DNA of 64,000 nucleotides from Candidatus Thorarchaeota archaeon (GTDB taxonomy: Archaea; Asgardarchaeota; Thorarchaeia; Thorarchaeales; Thorarchaeaceae): NCBI GenBank assembly GCA_046482545.1, contig JAWOEX010000039.1:136898-200897 (forward strand), in the 5' to 3' direction. Both the position numbers and the translations under genes were made by a program. The notes under the pieces were generated by a model, which was given only the letters and a program-made list of their open reading frames with translations, was not told the DNA's origin and did not search any database. Shown piece after piece: positions 48,798-59,500 of this stretch (position 1 is the stretch's first letter; each line of letters starts with the position of its first letter).

Positions 48798-51700
48798 TCA
48801 GAAACTGATACCTAGACTCTCCAAGAGGGCCTCCAGATCACTCTTTGAAAGGTTCTTTGCCTGTTCGACTATTACCTCAATTTCATCACGAGTCATGCCT
48901 TTCCCCCTTAGTTGTTCTCGTAACGCTTCAAGCTCACCTGGCTGAGAAGCAAGTGTCTTCTCGACAGCCTCCTCCACCTCGGGTGCTTCTACTGGGACTC
49001 CCTCTTCAGTCTTCCTGGCCGTTTCTTGTCGGATGACCTCTCGGATGAAGCCTGGGCGTTCACTCGCTCTCATTCTCGACAAGTCTAATCGGAAAGCTTC
49101 AAGCTCCTTTTCACCAAGTCCAGTCAGGTCAGCAAGCTCCTCTAGAAGTTCATTTACCTCAGGAACAACCGCAACAACTGTCTCTCCTTCCACTTCGCCA
49201 CTCGTCTTGGAAACGTTCACAGGCTGAAGTAGTTCGTTTGCCACACCACGAAGAATCTCCGCCCTTGATGGCACTTCCGCTGGCTCAGGCACATTGCCCT
49301 TCTTGAGGTCTCCAATCATACCGTTAATGATTCGGATGATTCTAGGAACGCTCCAGACTCTGACATAGAGAATTATTAGAAGGGCGAATATGGCAAGCCC
49401 AACACCTCCTGCAATCTGAACGTTTCGAACTAAGACTTGTTCTGCTGTAACATCCGAATCTATGGTAATCTGAATTGTCTTGCTTTCATATTGTTCCTTA
49501 GAGAATCCAATCTGTATGTTGAAGGTTTGTGTTGCATTAACTCTAAAAGTGAGCTCATAGGTCCCGTTATTATACGGTTCATTGGTCAAATCAGGGTAAT
49601 ATTGTATATCCTGTTCTCCGTAGGTGATATACTCTTCCGCACCACTAATACCAACATTGTGATCCAAATCAATGTAAGACACCACGATAGTTATTCTTGC
49701 GCCAGGTTGCGTTGAGATTCTTGATGTTCTTGCAATCAATCGGGTCTGTACCCGGCGAATGGTTATTTGAACATTGATGGACTCAACAGAGTAAATGGTC
49801 GTTGGAAAGGCGATTTCCACAGAATAGGTATCGATAGGTAAATCTCCAGGAACTGTAATCAGGTAGCTTCCGTTGCCAAGTGACTCAAGCGATTCCTCTC
49901 CAATATTCTCCCAGTACGCTAGGCCATTGACATCGCCAACGGTTTGATTGTTTAGAGAGTTGGTGAGCGTGTATAGTATAGTCCTAGAATCGTTTACAGG
50001 AATGGACACGCTCTGCGGCCCTGAGATTGTAGCGGGCATTGCTTTCAACTGCACACTCACAATCATCGATGCAGATTGGTGGTTGTCAAGTGAAAATGTA
50101 ACAGGAATATCATAAAGACGTGGATTTACTGGGGTGAGATATATCTCTAGGAGATACGACCCGTTTCCAAGTTCAGTGACATTGGCGTCTTCCCATCCAA
50201 TATTTGCGCTTGCACCTGAAAGCCCTATATTGTTGTAAGTGTCATTGTAAGTGAGTTCATAGGTAACCTTCTCACCGTGATATCCGTCTGCAGTTACAAC
50301 TGGAGCATTCAGTTGAGTGGGTACAAGCCGGATATTAGTGAGGATTGTTCTCCTCTGCAGCTGATACCCAGTCTTGGCAGCGGTTATTCGAAGCTGGAAA
50401 CTCTGAGCTGTAAGTACGGTCGTATCAACAGAAACAACATAGCTACCATTCGATGCCGGTTCAAGCTGACCGCTGAGTCCACCTAGGTTATAGGATACGT
50501 TAGCTGAATCAATAGTTCCGCCGTAATAGGTATCATTGAATAATACTTGAATATCCAAATTATCTCCGTAAGTGACTAACAACGATGTCTTGTTCTCCAC
50601 AAGCTGTAATTTCGAAGGAATTGGAATAATCTGTACATTGATTGTGGAAACCAGAAATGCGTAATTGTTAGCATTTGCACTGATTATCAAATCGTACTGG
50701 CCTAGTGCAAATCCAGAAGAATTCAGTTCACCAAAGTAGTATCCAGGGGTGCCGTTATTCAGCAGAGTGGACTCAGTTTCATTGAACTCCATGAATACTT
50801 CGACATCACTCACGGGCCCTCCGTTGGTTGTATCTTCAACATACACCCAGAAGTCCTCTGTGGATTCCAGAACAACATCCTTCGATGAGGATTCGGGTAT
50901 TACCGTACCAGTAGCTTTAGCTACGATTAGATTCATCGAAGTTGTCTTTGTCCGGTAATACTCTCCAGTTGCACTGACTTGTGGTTCGTAAGTACCGTAA
51001 CCGAAATCTGAGGTTGTTAGATTGAGAATATATGTTCCATTGTTCAGATCATCGAGGTAGTAAAGTGAGTTGTTCCAAAGGAGAGATGTGTTCAAACCCT
51101 TGACGAGATTGTTGTAGTATGTTTCGCGTACTTCAACTCTGATTCTGACAATCTCGCCCCAATCAGCATAGTATGAGCTTTTTTCGAGTACAATGTCAAG
51201 TGTAGCTGAGCCGGGCTGTATGTCAAGTGTCTGATTCACAGATTCATAGTAGGTCTTGTTTGCCACCACTGCAAAGGTATATTCGCCCGCAACTAGGCCT
51301 GTTGTGTTCATGGTGAGTTCGTATTCTCCGTCACCTATTTCACTGATAGATACTGATGTTCCATACAAGGATTCCCAGTTTGTTGTGACGTTTGCATTTA
51401 CAATGGGAAGGTCATGGTCATAATCAGTATAAGTCAAGCTCACAGTGATAGGCTCACCAACCGGAATGGTACCTGCAGCGGGTACTTCAGATTCCATTGT
51501 TGTTTGGATCAGCCGAATGGAAGCTGGCAGGTTGCTCGCAGTTCTATTCGCATAGAACGGCTCTCCGCTCCAGATCAGCGTTAGATTGAAGAAAACTACG
51601 CCTATACTTCCAAATTGATCTGTAGGAACCTTGATGAGGTAATTCCCATCACCCTGGTCTGTCGTATAGTATGCTAGACTTGTGGCATTGTTGCTCAGTA

Positions 51701-54700
51701 GTTCGATGCCTGCATTTTCGATTCCTTTCCCCTCAGTATAGTCCTCATAGGCAAAATCGATTGTGATGTTATCACCATATGGGGTTTCTTCCACAAGGGT
51801 AAACAAGATTGCCGTGGGTCTACGGACAGATGATGCAGAGGTAGTTACTGATCTGGCCGCATGATACGGTGGAAGAGAGGACCTATCTATCAATAGTTTC
51901 AATTCTTTTGTTACAAGCGCTGTAGCGTTAAGCACAGTTGAGTTCATACTAATCTCATAATACGTGCCATGCTCATAGAGTGTATACTCGAAATCCGAAA
52001 CCACTACTGACCCATCTAATTGAAGCGTTATGTTGCCTTGGAGAACAGGAATGAGAGCACCTGTGGTGAAATCTTCATATCGGAATGTAAGGGTTAGATT
52101 CTCTCCGAAAGCAGTCTCTCCTGGAGTCTTTGTCAATACAATCCGAGTAGGCCTTGTCGAAACGTCAGCACTGATTTGTTTTGTTCTGGGTGCGTAGAAG
52201 GGTTCTCCAGTTCTGGATACTGACACAGAAAGAGTATATCGTTCGGGTCCTCCCAGCGCACTGCTGTTAACCAGAATGAGGTAAAGACCATCTCCCTGTT
52301 CTTCAACCCAGTAATTATCGCCAGCTGATAGGGCTTCTTCAGCGGGGGCACAAGAGACATCCACTGTTGCCCCTTCAATACCGCGACCCGTACTATCATC
52401 GGTGTATTCAAAGAATAGCGAAACGTTCTCTAGGTAGGCCGTGGGATCGGGACTTTCGAATCCGATTTGGGTAACACGTTTCAGAACCGTGATGGTAAAG
52501 ATCTCGAAAGCATCGCTCGCGAAGTTTGATCCCGTATACTGAACAGAAGCATTGACATTGAATTCGCCGTCCTGTGAGAAAGCCGAAGTATTGAGGACAA
52601 CGAGGAAATGACCATCACCCAGATACTCAACAGAATACCCGCCACTAAGGGAATCGTTTAGCGATAAATCTCCCACCATGTTCTCAGAACTTCCCGCAAC
52701 AAGATCGGTGTAGACGAAGTCAATACTGACATTATTCGCATATTGCGGCGGGGAGAAAGAGAGATGTGAAAGTTGGGTAGTACGTAGAGTAACGGTTACA
52801 GAGAACAGGTATTCTTGAATATCTTGATAGTACGGTTCACCAGTCCAAGTTAGATTCAGATGCAGATTATTTGTATCGATGCTCAGTCCAGTCGAATTAA
52901 TGTAGACGGTGAAAATCTTCTGACTTGAATCATAGCCTAGAGTGTATGATATTCCAGCCTCATTAATCTGAATCTCAAGATTCGAACTGTTAGCGATTTT
53001 AGCGGCAGTCAATGAATCAAAGAAGCTGAATGATAGATTAGCAAGTTCATTATACGGTGTTGCTTGAACCGGCGTGTGATCAATGTAGGTTGGCCGTTCT
53101 ATTATCAGCACTGTGACCGTCAATGTGCCATTCTCATATAGAGGATCAGCTCCACTTCTCCACATCATTTCGATTGCAAATCGGAAGGTTCCTGTTTCAA
53201 GACAGTACTCACTGTCCAGACGGAATTCGTACGTCCCCGGATTCCCAGCTTGCTCGAATATGTAGAAATCGCTCTGGGTGACAAACGATCCTGAATCTAA
53301 GGAGCTGACGTCTATTAAGACGTTATCAGTACTATTAGAGATTAGCGTATCATTAATGGCATCTCTGTAACGTACAGTGAAAGTGACGTTGTCAAGGTAG
53401 TTTGTCGCAGTAGGAGCAACATCTAAGAAAACATCAGTCTCAGTTCCTAGAACCCTGACCGATGTTTCAAGGGTCTGTTGGTAGTACTTGAGTACAGCAC
53501 CGTCCCATTTGATAGTAAAGGACAGATTCTTCCAACCTATGGTCCCCCATTGGTTAGCAGGGATGGAAACGTTGTAGTGACCATCTCCAAGACCAGAGGG
53601 CTCTGAATAGAATACGAGGGCAGACATGCCCGGAGAGGAGATGCTCAAGTTAACGTTTCCAGTTTCATTTGTAACTCCCTCAGACAAGTCAGTGTCTTGA
53701 TAGAATAACAGAACGGTTATGTTCTGACCAAATGGCGTCTGTTCTACCGGTTCGTCTAGCGTAAACAGTGTGTTGTGGCTGCGTATCTCCACACCAATAT
53801 CGAATGAATGATTCTGGTACCCACTTCTATTGACGTAAAATCGGACAGTATAGAATTCATCCTCTTCCGTGAGCGGATCATCAGATTCGGTATACACCGT
53901 TATGTTGTACTCGCCATCAGCGGTCTCGATTACTGTATAATTCTGTTCATCACTGGAGTGGAAAGAGGTCCAGTTGCATGTAATCGAGCTGTTTGCATCT
54001 ATAACAGGCTGATCATTATCTATATCAGTCCACGTTAACGTGAAGGACGCAGCTTCACCAGCAGGGATTGAAAGTTGATTTGCCGTGTACTGGATAGTAT
54101 TGTATATTTCACGGACCTCTACATAAATGACAAGATATGATGGATTTACGTATGGTGCGCTTGCATTTACGAGAATTGGATACTCTGCAATCTCAGCAGA
54201 TGCGAGATTGAGTTCGATCGCGTATTCTCCGCCACCATTGTCCGTGACCTCGTATCCTGCTGTCCAGTTGCATTGTAGATTTGCATCCTCTATACCGGAC
54301 CCATTGACATTTGAAAAATCCATATCCAAAGTCTGATTTCCGCCAATCGGACCTGAAGTCTTTGGGTAATCTGGTGAATCTAATACAGAATCATAGTTCA
54401 CAACGAGGTTGAAGCCAGCTGCTGCTTCGTCGTAATTATCTCGAGACCAAGATAGGCTCAGAAGGTATTCACCTTTACCAGGCACAGCTGATGTATCAAT
54501 CACGTTCGTATACTCGCCATTGCCGTTATCATCGAATTCGTCTGTACCGTCAACCCAACTCATGGTCAAGGTACCCCCAGGAACAAGGACATCGCTATCG
54601 GTATCGTTTGCTTCTATCACCAAGAGAAGAAGATCGCCGTATGTGGCGTTTACTTCCCAAGTCTGTCTAGCTTCAGAGGGGTACTTGACATTCAGTTCGG

Positions 54701-56540
54701 ATGAGTGAGTTATGCTGAAGGCACGCCTGAAGAAACCTGTTTCATGCCAAGTGCCGTTGCTCCCCATGTCGTTCGTCATTGCCTGAACCATCCAATCTCC
54801 TGCCAAGGCATTCGTGCCTGCAAGATTGAAGACTGAAGTGGTCGCATAGCCTGAAGAGTCAACAGTTGCATTTGCGGAAAGCCAAGAATTGCCTTCTGGG
54901 TTGTATATGGTGATATTGACAATAGAGTTCTCGTATGCCGGACCTATATAGGCTCTGACCCGGCTATCCTCACCTGCTCGGAAGTTCGCTGATTGACTCC
55001 AAGTCCCGCCATCAGAATCATACAGCTCCACGTCCTGTATCATGTTAGATGACCTACTCTTTATCCTCCAATAGCCGTATCTTCCGGCCTCTGTCGTGAC
55101 CTCAAAGGTTGATACATTCAGGTATTTGTCACCGATATTCCCACCTGACCAGCCAGCAGTCAGATTTGTATTGGGTGCCAACGGTCTAGCAACAAAGTAC
55201 ACATCTCGATCATAAGGGAGAGTCTGATTGAAGAAATACAAATTCGGATAACCATCCGGTATGTCTGCATGATGGTACGTTGTGTAGTACCCATCTGTCC
55301 CATTCTGAATTGAGAATCTCTCTCCATAGGATTCTGGGCTGATTTCGTAAACTGTCTCAGCTGAAGTATCCCTAGCAAACATGTTTGTCTCTACTGAGAA
55401 GTCAACAGTTATCGTCTTGTTGGGGTCGGGATTAGTTGGTGTTGGAGACCAGCTGAAATTGAATTCTACCGGATTATCCGTCCAAGGTGTAGATGGAACT
55501 ATTGTAACGCTTCCCGACCCATATTCTGTGGAATTTGAAACTTCATGTCCGTCCATCTCCAGATTGACCTGAGAAGGCATTGCCTTCGTTTGCATGTATA
55601 ATACAACATTATCAATCATCGCAGATGGTCCAATTTCAGGATCGTAGCCAACATCCTGCTTGCTCAATAAGCCGACTTCTATATCCACATTAGAATCGGA
55701 TAACAAATCGAAGATGCTTTCGGGAATTGGGATTAGACCTGAATCGTACCAAGTCTCTTCGGCATCGATGTCATCGAATACAAGCTCCCATACTTCTTGG
55801 CCCTCAACTTCCACATATATCGAAAATGAACCAGTCATACCATAGTGAGTATCATCCAGAGTATCGGCCCAATAATCGAGTCGAATCCCAGCCCAGATGA
55901 GATCACCTCTGGGAACCGATACCGTCTGAGTGACATAAGCAGCATCATCAGCATCGTAATAATAGGGAGCACTTGTGTCATCAGACTTGATTTCAAAGTA
56001 GAAAGAATCGTCGCCTGGTCCATGGCCGCTTTCATTCCACCGAGTTATTGGATCGCTGTAACTACCAACATTATTAGTAGAATTTGTCCAGTCACCCCGT
56101 CCACCTTGAAAGCCAGGGTCAGTAACCCACGTTCTATTCTCGGTCAAATCAAACACAGTGGATTCAAGACAATAACCCTCCCAGTCTTCGCTTGTGGGTA
56201 TGCTAACGGATGTATTAGTGGTTGTATTGGTTGGTAGATATTGCATTGAATTCCCTGTGAATGTATCAGACCTATTGCCATATTCACCTGTGCTCAATGA
56301 CGATGAAATGCCAGTCCATTCTGTCATTCCCTGTTCTGAGGTGATAAATCTCATAGCATCATCCAGTTGAGCATCTTGGACTTGAGTGGTATCATCTGAC
56401 ACCTCTTTTCCAACATCCTCGCCCGAAACACTCGCCTCAGAATCAATTGAAGTGCTATACATTGTGGAGAGATATGGGCCCGCAATGATGAGCAGCACTA
56501 GAAGCGATACTGCAAGCGGTGCTAATTTCCGAATGTTCAC
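48798..56540 (-). CDS. Giant (2580 aa) type-I membrane surface protein with Ig-like repeats and cytoplasmic tail
   Basis: N-terminal signal/anchor; many ~100-120 aa beta-rich repeats (Y.D......I.GA...W...G.G.Y...L.T); many N-x-S/T sequons; TM near the C-terminus; ~180-aa charged helical tail. Confidence 0.85.
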   Translation of the reverse strand: MNIRKLAPLAVSLLVLLIIAGPYLSTMYSTSIDSEASVSGEDVGKEVSDDTTQVQDAQLDDAMRFITSEQGMTEWTGISSSLSTGEYGNRSDTFTGNSMQYLPTNTTTNTSVSIPTSEDWEGYCLESTVFDLTENRTWVTDPGFQGGRGDWTNSTNNVGSYSDPITRWNESGHGPGDDSFYFEIKSDDTSAPYYYDADDAAYVTQTVSVPRGDLIWAGIRLDYWADTLDDTHYGMTGSFSIYVEVEGQEVWELVFDDIDAEETWYDSGLIPIPESIFDLLSDSNVDIEVGLLSKQDVGYDPEIGPSAMIDNVVLYMQTKAMPSQVNLEMDGHEVSNSTEYGSGSVTIVPSTPWTDNPVEFNFSWSPTPTNPDPNKTITVDFSVETNMFARDTSAETVYEISPESYGERFSIQNGTDGYYTTYHHADIPDGYPNLYFFNQTLPYDRDVYFVARPLAPNTNLTAGWSGGNIGDKYLNVSTFEVTTEAGRYGYWRIKSRSSNMIQDVELYDSDGGTWSQSANFRAGEDSRVRAYIGPAYENSIVNITIYNPEGNSWLSANATVDSSGYATTSVFNLAGTNALAGDWMVQAMTNDMGSNGTWHETGFFRRAFSITHSSELNVKYPSEARQTWEVNATYGDLLLLVIEANDTDSDVLVPGGTLTMSWVDGTDEFDDNGNGEYTNVIDTSAVPGKGEYLLSLSWSRDNYDEAAAGFNLVVNYDSVLDSPDYPKTSGPIGGNQTLDMDFSNVNGSGIEDANLQCNWTAGYEVTDNGGGEYAIELNLASAEIAEYPILVNASAPYVNPSYLVIYVEVREIYNTIQYTANQLSIPAGEAASFTLTWTDIDNDQPVIDANSSITCNWTSFHSSDEQNYTVIETADGEYNITVYTESDDPLTEEDEFYTVRFYVNRSGYQNHSFDIGVEIRSHNTLFTLDEPVEQTPFGQNITVLLFYQDTDLSEGVTNETGNVNLSISSPGMSALVFYSEPSGLGDGHYNVSIPANQWGTIGWKNLSFTIKWDGAVLKYYQQTLETSVRVLGTETDVFLDVAPTATNYLDNVTFTVRYRDAINDTLISNSTDNVLIDVSSLDSGSFVTQSDFYIFEQAGNPGTYEFRLDSEYCLETGTFRFAIEMMWRSGADPLYENGTLTVTVLIIERPTYIDHTPVQATPYNELANLSFSFFDSLTAAKIANSSNLEIQINEAGISYTLGYDSSQKIFTVYINSTGLSIDTNNLHLNLTWTGEPYYQDIQEYLFSVTVTLRTTQLSHLSFSPPQYANNVSIDFVYTDLVAGSSENMVGDLSLNDSLSGGYSVEYLGDGHFLVVLNTSAFSQDGEFNVNASVQYTGSNFASDAFEIFTITVLKRVTQIGFESPDPTAYLENVSLFFEYTDDSTGRGIEGATVDVSCAPAEEALSAGDNYWVEEQGDGLYLILVNSSALGGPERYTLSVSVSRTGEPFYAPRTKQISADVSTRPTRIVLTKTPGETAFGENLTLTFRYEDFTTGALIPVLQGNITLQLDGSVVVSDFEYTLYEHGTYYEISMNSTVLNATALVTKELKLLIDRSSLPPYHAARSVTTSASSVRRPTAILFTLVEETPYGDNITIDFAYEDYTEGKGIENAGIELLSNNATSLAYYTTDQGDGNYLIKVPTDQFGSIGVVFFNLTLIWSGEPFYANRTASNLPASIRLIQTTMESEVPAAGTIPVGEPITVSLTYTDYDHDLPIVNANVTTNWESLYGTSVSISEIGDGEYELTMNTTGLVAGEYTFAVVANKTYYESVNQTLDIQPGSATLDIVLEKSSYYADWGEIVRIRVEVRETYYNNLVKGLNTSLLWNNSLYYLDDLNNGTYILNLTTSDFGYGTYEPQVSATGEYYRTKTTSMNLIVAKATGTVIPESSSKDVVLESTEDFWVYVEDTTNGGPVSDVEVFMEFNETESTLLNNGTPGYYFGELNSSGFALGQYDLIISANANNYAFLVSTINVQIIPIPSKLQLVENKTSLLVTYGDNLDIQVLFNDTYYGGTIDSANVSYNLGGLSGQLEPASNGSYVVSVDTTVLTAQSFQLRITAAKTGYQLQRRTILTNIRLVPTQLNAPVVTADGYHGEKVTYELTYNDTYNNIGLSGASANIGWEDANVTELGNGSYLLEIYLTPVNPRLYDIPVTFSLDNHQSASMIVSVQLKAMPATISGPQSVSIPVNDSRTILYTLTNSLNNQTVGDVNGLAYWENIGEESLESLGNGSYLITVPGDLPIDTYSVEIAFPTTIYSVESINVQITIRRVQTRLIARTSRISTQPGARITIVVSYIDLDHNVGISGAEEYITYGEQDIQYYPDLTNEPYNNGTYELTFRVNATQTFNIQIGFSKEQYESKTIQITIDSDVTAEQVLVRNVQIAGGVGLAIFALLIILYVRVWSVPRIIRIINGMIGDLKKGNVPEPAEVPSRAEILRGVANELLQPVNVSKTSGEVEGETVVAVVPEVNELLEELADLTGLGEKELEAFRLDLSRMRASERPGFIREVIRQETARKTEEGVPVEAPEVEEAVEKTLASQPGELEALREQLRGKGMTRDEIEVIVEQAKNLSKSDLEALLESLGISF

Positions 56541-59500
56541 TGCTCGTCACCTCCCAACTGGTCAAGTAGTGCATCTATTTCAGCTCGTGAAAGATTCCTC
56601 GCTTGTTCAACGATAAGGTCTACTTCACTGCTTTCCATTCCGCGTGCTTCCAAGCGGCGGCGCAAATCATCGAGTTCTGCCTCTGATAATCCTCTCTCAA
56701 TCTCTGGTTCCTCAGCCTTTCTGGCCTTCTTCTTGATTTCTCGTGCCCTTCGTGCCTTCTCTTGCCTAATAACCTCTGAAACGAATCCCGGACGTTCACT
56801 CGGTCGCATTGCCTCCAAATCATCCCTCAAGAGGGCAACATCATCCTCAGTAAGACCCACAATCTTAGCAAGCTCGTCAAGCAATTCCTCAATATCAAGC
56901 ACGGAAACATCCACAGTCGATGGAGCTACATCATTTGTCGTCTTTCGAATATGTACTGATTCGAGGTCTTCATTCATCATTTCCATCAGAACCTCCCTTC
57001 TGGACCTCACAGGTTTAGCCTCAGGAACTTCACCCTTCTCCAATCTCCCTACCATGGACCTGAGCCAGCGAAGCATTTTCGGAACTGATAGCACCTTCAC
57101 ATATAACGCTCCCAGAATAACAAGTGCGATCAACCCAACCATTCCGTAGCTAAATCCTGTAACAAGCGCTTCTTGTTCTGGTGTTAACAGAGAGTAAATC
57201 GTAATGCTGACCTCTCCATCTTCATAATCTGAAGCGCTAAGCGTGACGTTGATTTGATACTTCCTCACATTGTTCGCAACAAAACCGAAGGCGTACGTTC
57301 CGTTTCCGTAATCAATATCGATATCTGGTGAGCGAGTGAGCTGGAGACTCGGAGTGTCATTTGCTGCATTCGCAATAGGTACTCCATGGTCAATATCCAA
57401 AAATGTCACGACTAACAGAAACGGCTCCCCGACATAGACCTGATTCAAATCATTCTCTATGATTACTTCAGTTTTGATTGGCCGAATCGTCAAGTCAACA
57501 AGCAGCACAGCTTGGCTATAGTTGCCACGGGAAAACACTATTCGAATTCTATATGGTTCAGAGCGAATCTGAAGCCTTGAATCATTGGTTTCTGCAGGAC
57601 CAAAACGGTACGAGCCGTTGTTGAGATTCGTTAGCTGTACGGTACCGAATTCCCATATTGCGGTCGCTGTAGCATCCATCACCGATTTGTTATGAAGCGT
57701 ATCTCGGAATCCGAAGAACTGGCTGTAATCATCCCCCACAGGGAAATCTACCTCTTCCGAGCCAAGAATCTGAGTAGGAATAGGCTTGACAAGAATCCTA
57801 ACGTTCCCGTAGGCATAGGAATATCTCTCCTTGCTAAATGTGATAGAAATGGTATGAGGTAAGCTTCCTGCACTTACTGTTGTCGTATTAACTATCAGTG
57901 AGTATTCTCCATCACCCTCATCAATCAGGGTTCCAGATGAAGATGCGAAGGAATAGCTTGTCGATGCATTGACTATGCCCACATTGTTATGCGAGTCAGA
58001 AAACGTCAGGTTATAAGTCACATTCTGACCGTAGAAAGCCTCTTGAAAGGCATCACCTACTACAGCTATTCGTGTAGGTATCTTTTCAACTTCAACGGTG
58101 AATCGAATCACACTTGACTCGTATCCGTCTTTGAAAGACGAAACACTCAAAGTCCATTCACGGATTTGGAGAATCTCTGTTGAGACATTACCGGAATAAT
58201 AACCGTCGCCGATATCCGGAAGATTTCCAGTTACGGATCCAATACTGAATGTGAGATTTGCTCCGGAAACAGCAATACCCAAATCAGTATTGTTCAAATA
58301 TACGGTAACGTTAACTTGATCTCCAGAAATCACCGACAGGACAGTCTCATTGCCAAAAGGTGCAAGTTCAGTAGAAATCTGTTTTACTTCTATCAACAAC
58401 TGAGTATTTACACTCTTGTAGTTACTTGAAGTCGCCCTTAGCAAGAATTGATGACTGCCGATGGGAACACCCGACACCGTGAACACGCCTGTATAACTAG
58501 CCTGCTCTGTATCCCAACTCAGACTTCCTGTACCACCAATCCAGTCGTATGTGACAGATCCATCAGTTATTGGGGTCGTTTCCCCTTGAAGTGTATAGTT
58601 AGCTCGTACAGTCACATTCTCGCCATTTACAACTGTCGATTGACCTGGTTCCAGTACCACCGCTGCAGAAAGGGTTGATGCCAGCTTTGCTATCTTTATC
58701 TGAGCGTCCTTCTCTCGTGTCTCATAGTTGAATTTTTCAAAAGCTACAGTAATCGTATATTGGCCTGCAGTGTAATCAGTAGAATTGAAAGTGCAGTTGT
58801 ATATTCCATTAGCGACTTCATCTGCCAAGAATATATCGCCAGAGAAAGTCACATTGACTGTAGCATCAGACACAGGATCATAGTTCTGGAGGTCAGTCAC
58901 ATTCACAGTAACATTAAACACATCACCCCATTCAGGAGTCTCAGGGGAAATCTCTATCTGAATCTCAACGGGAAAAGCTGAAAGTAGAATTTCAGCTTGA
59001 ATCGACTGATTTACGTGAAAAATTTTGGATGCATTGATTTCGAAGTCGTACCAGCCTGCATCCAGACCTGTAGTGTTTATGCTAAGATTATAGATTCCAT
59101 TTCCAATCTCAGATATTTCATATGATGTCCCATAGGAATCACCCCAGCCTGTTTGGACCGAAGCATCTTCGATTCCCGTCGAGGTCACAATATCGACAAA
59201 TGAGATGTTTCCTACAATCTGATCCCCGGGGTAGTATGTGGGGCTTGCGGGTAACTCAAATTTGAGTGAAGTTGAAACCGGGTTAACGGTTATACTAAAG
59301 GAGAGTCCAGTCCGATTCTGGTAATAGGGAATACCAGTCCAAGTGGCATTTGCCTTGAAGTAGTAGGTCCCTAGGCCACTAAGGCCGGTGGTATTGACTC
59401 TGATTTCGTAGCTTCCGTCAGCCAAATCATAGACCCAGTATTCAAAACTGGTGACATTCTGAGAAGATACAGAAATATCCGCACCACCTATTCCTTCACC

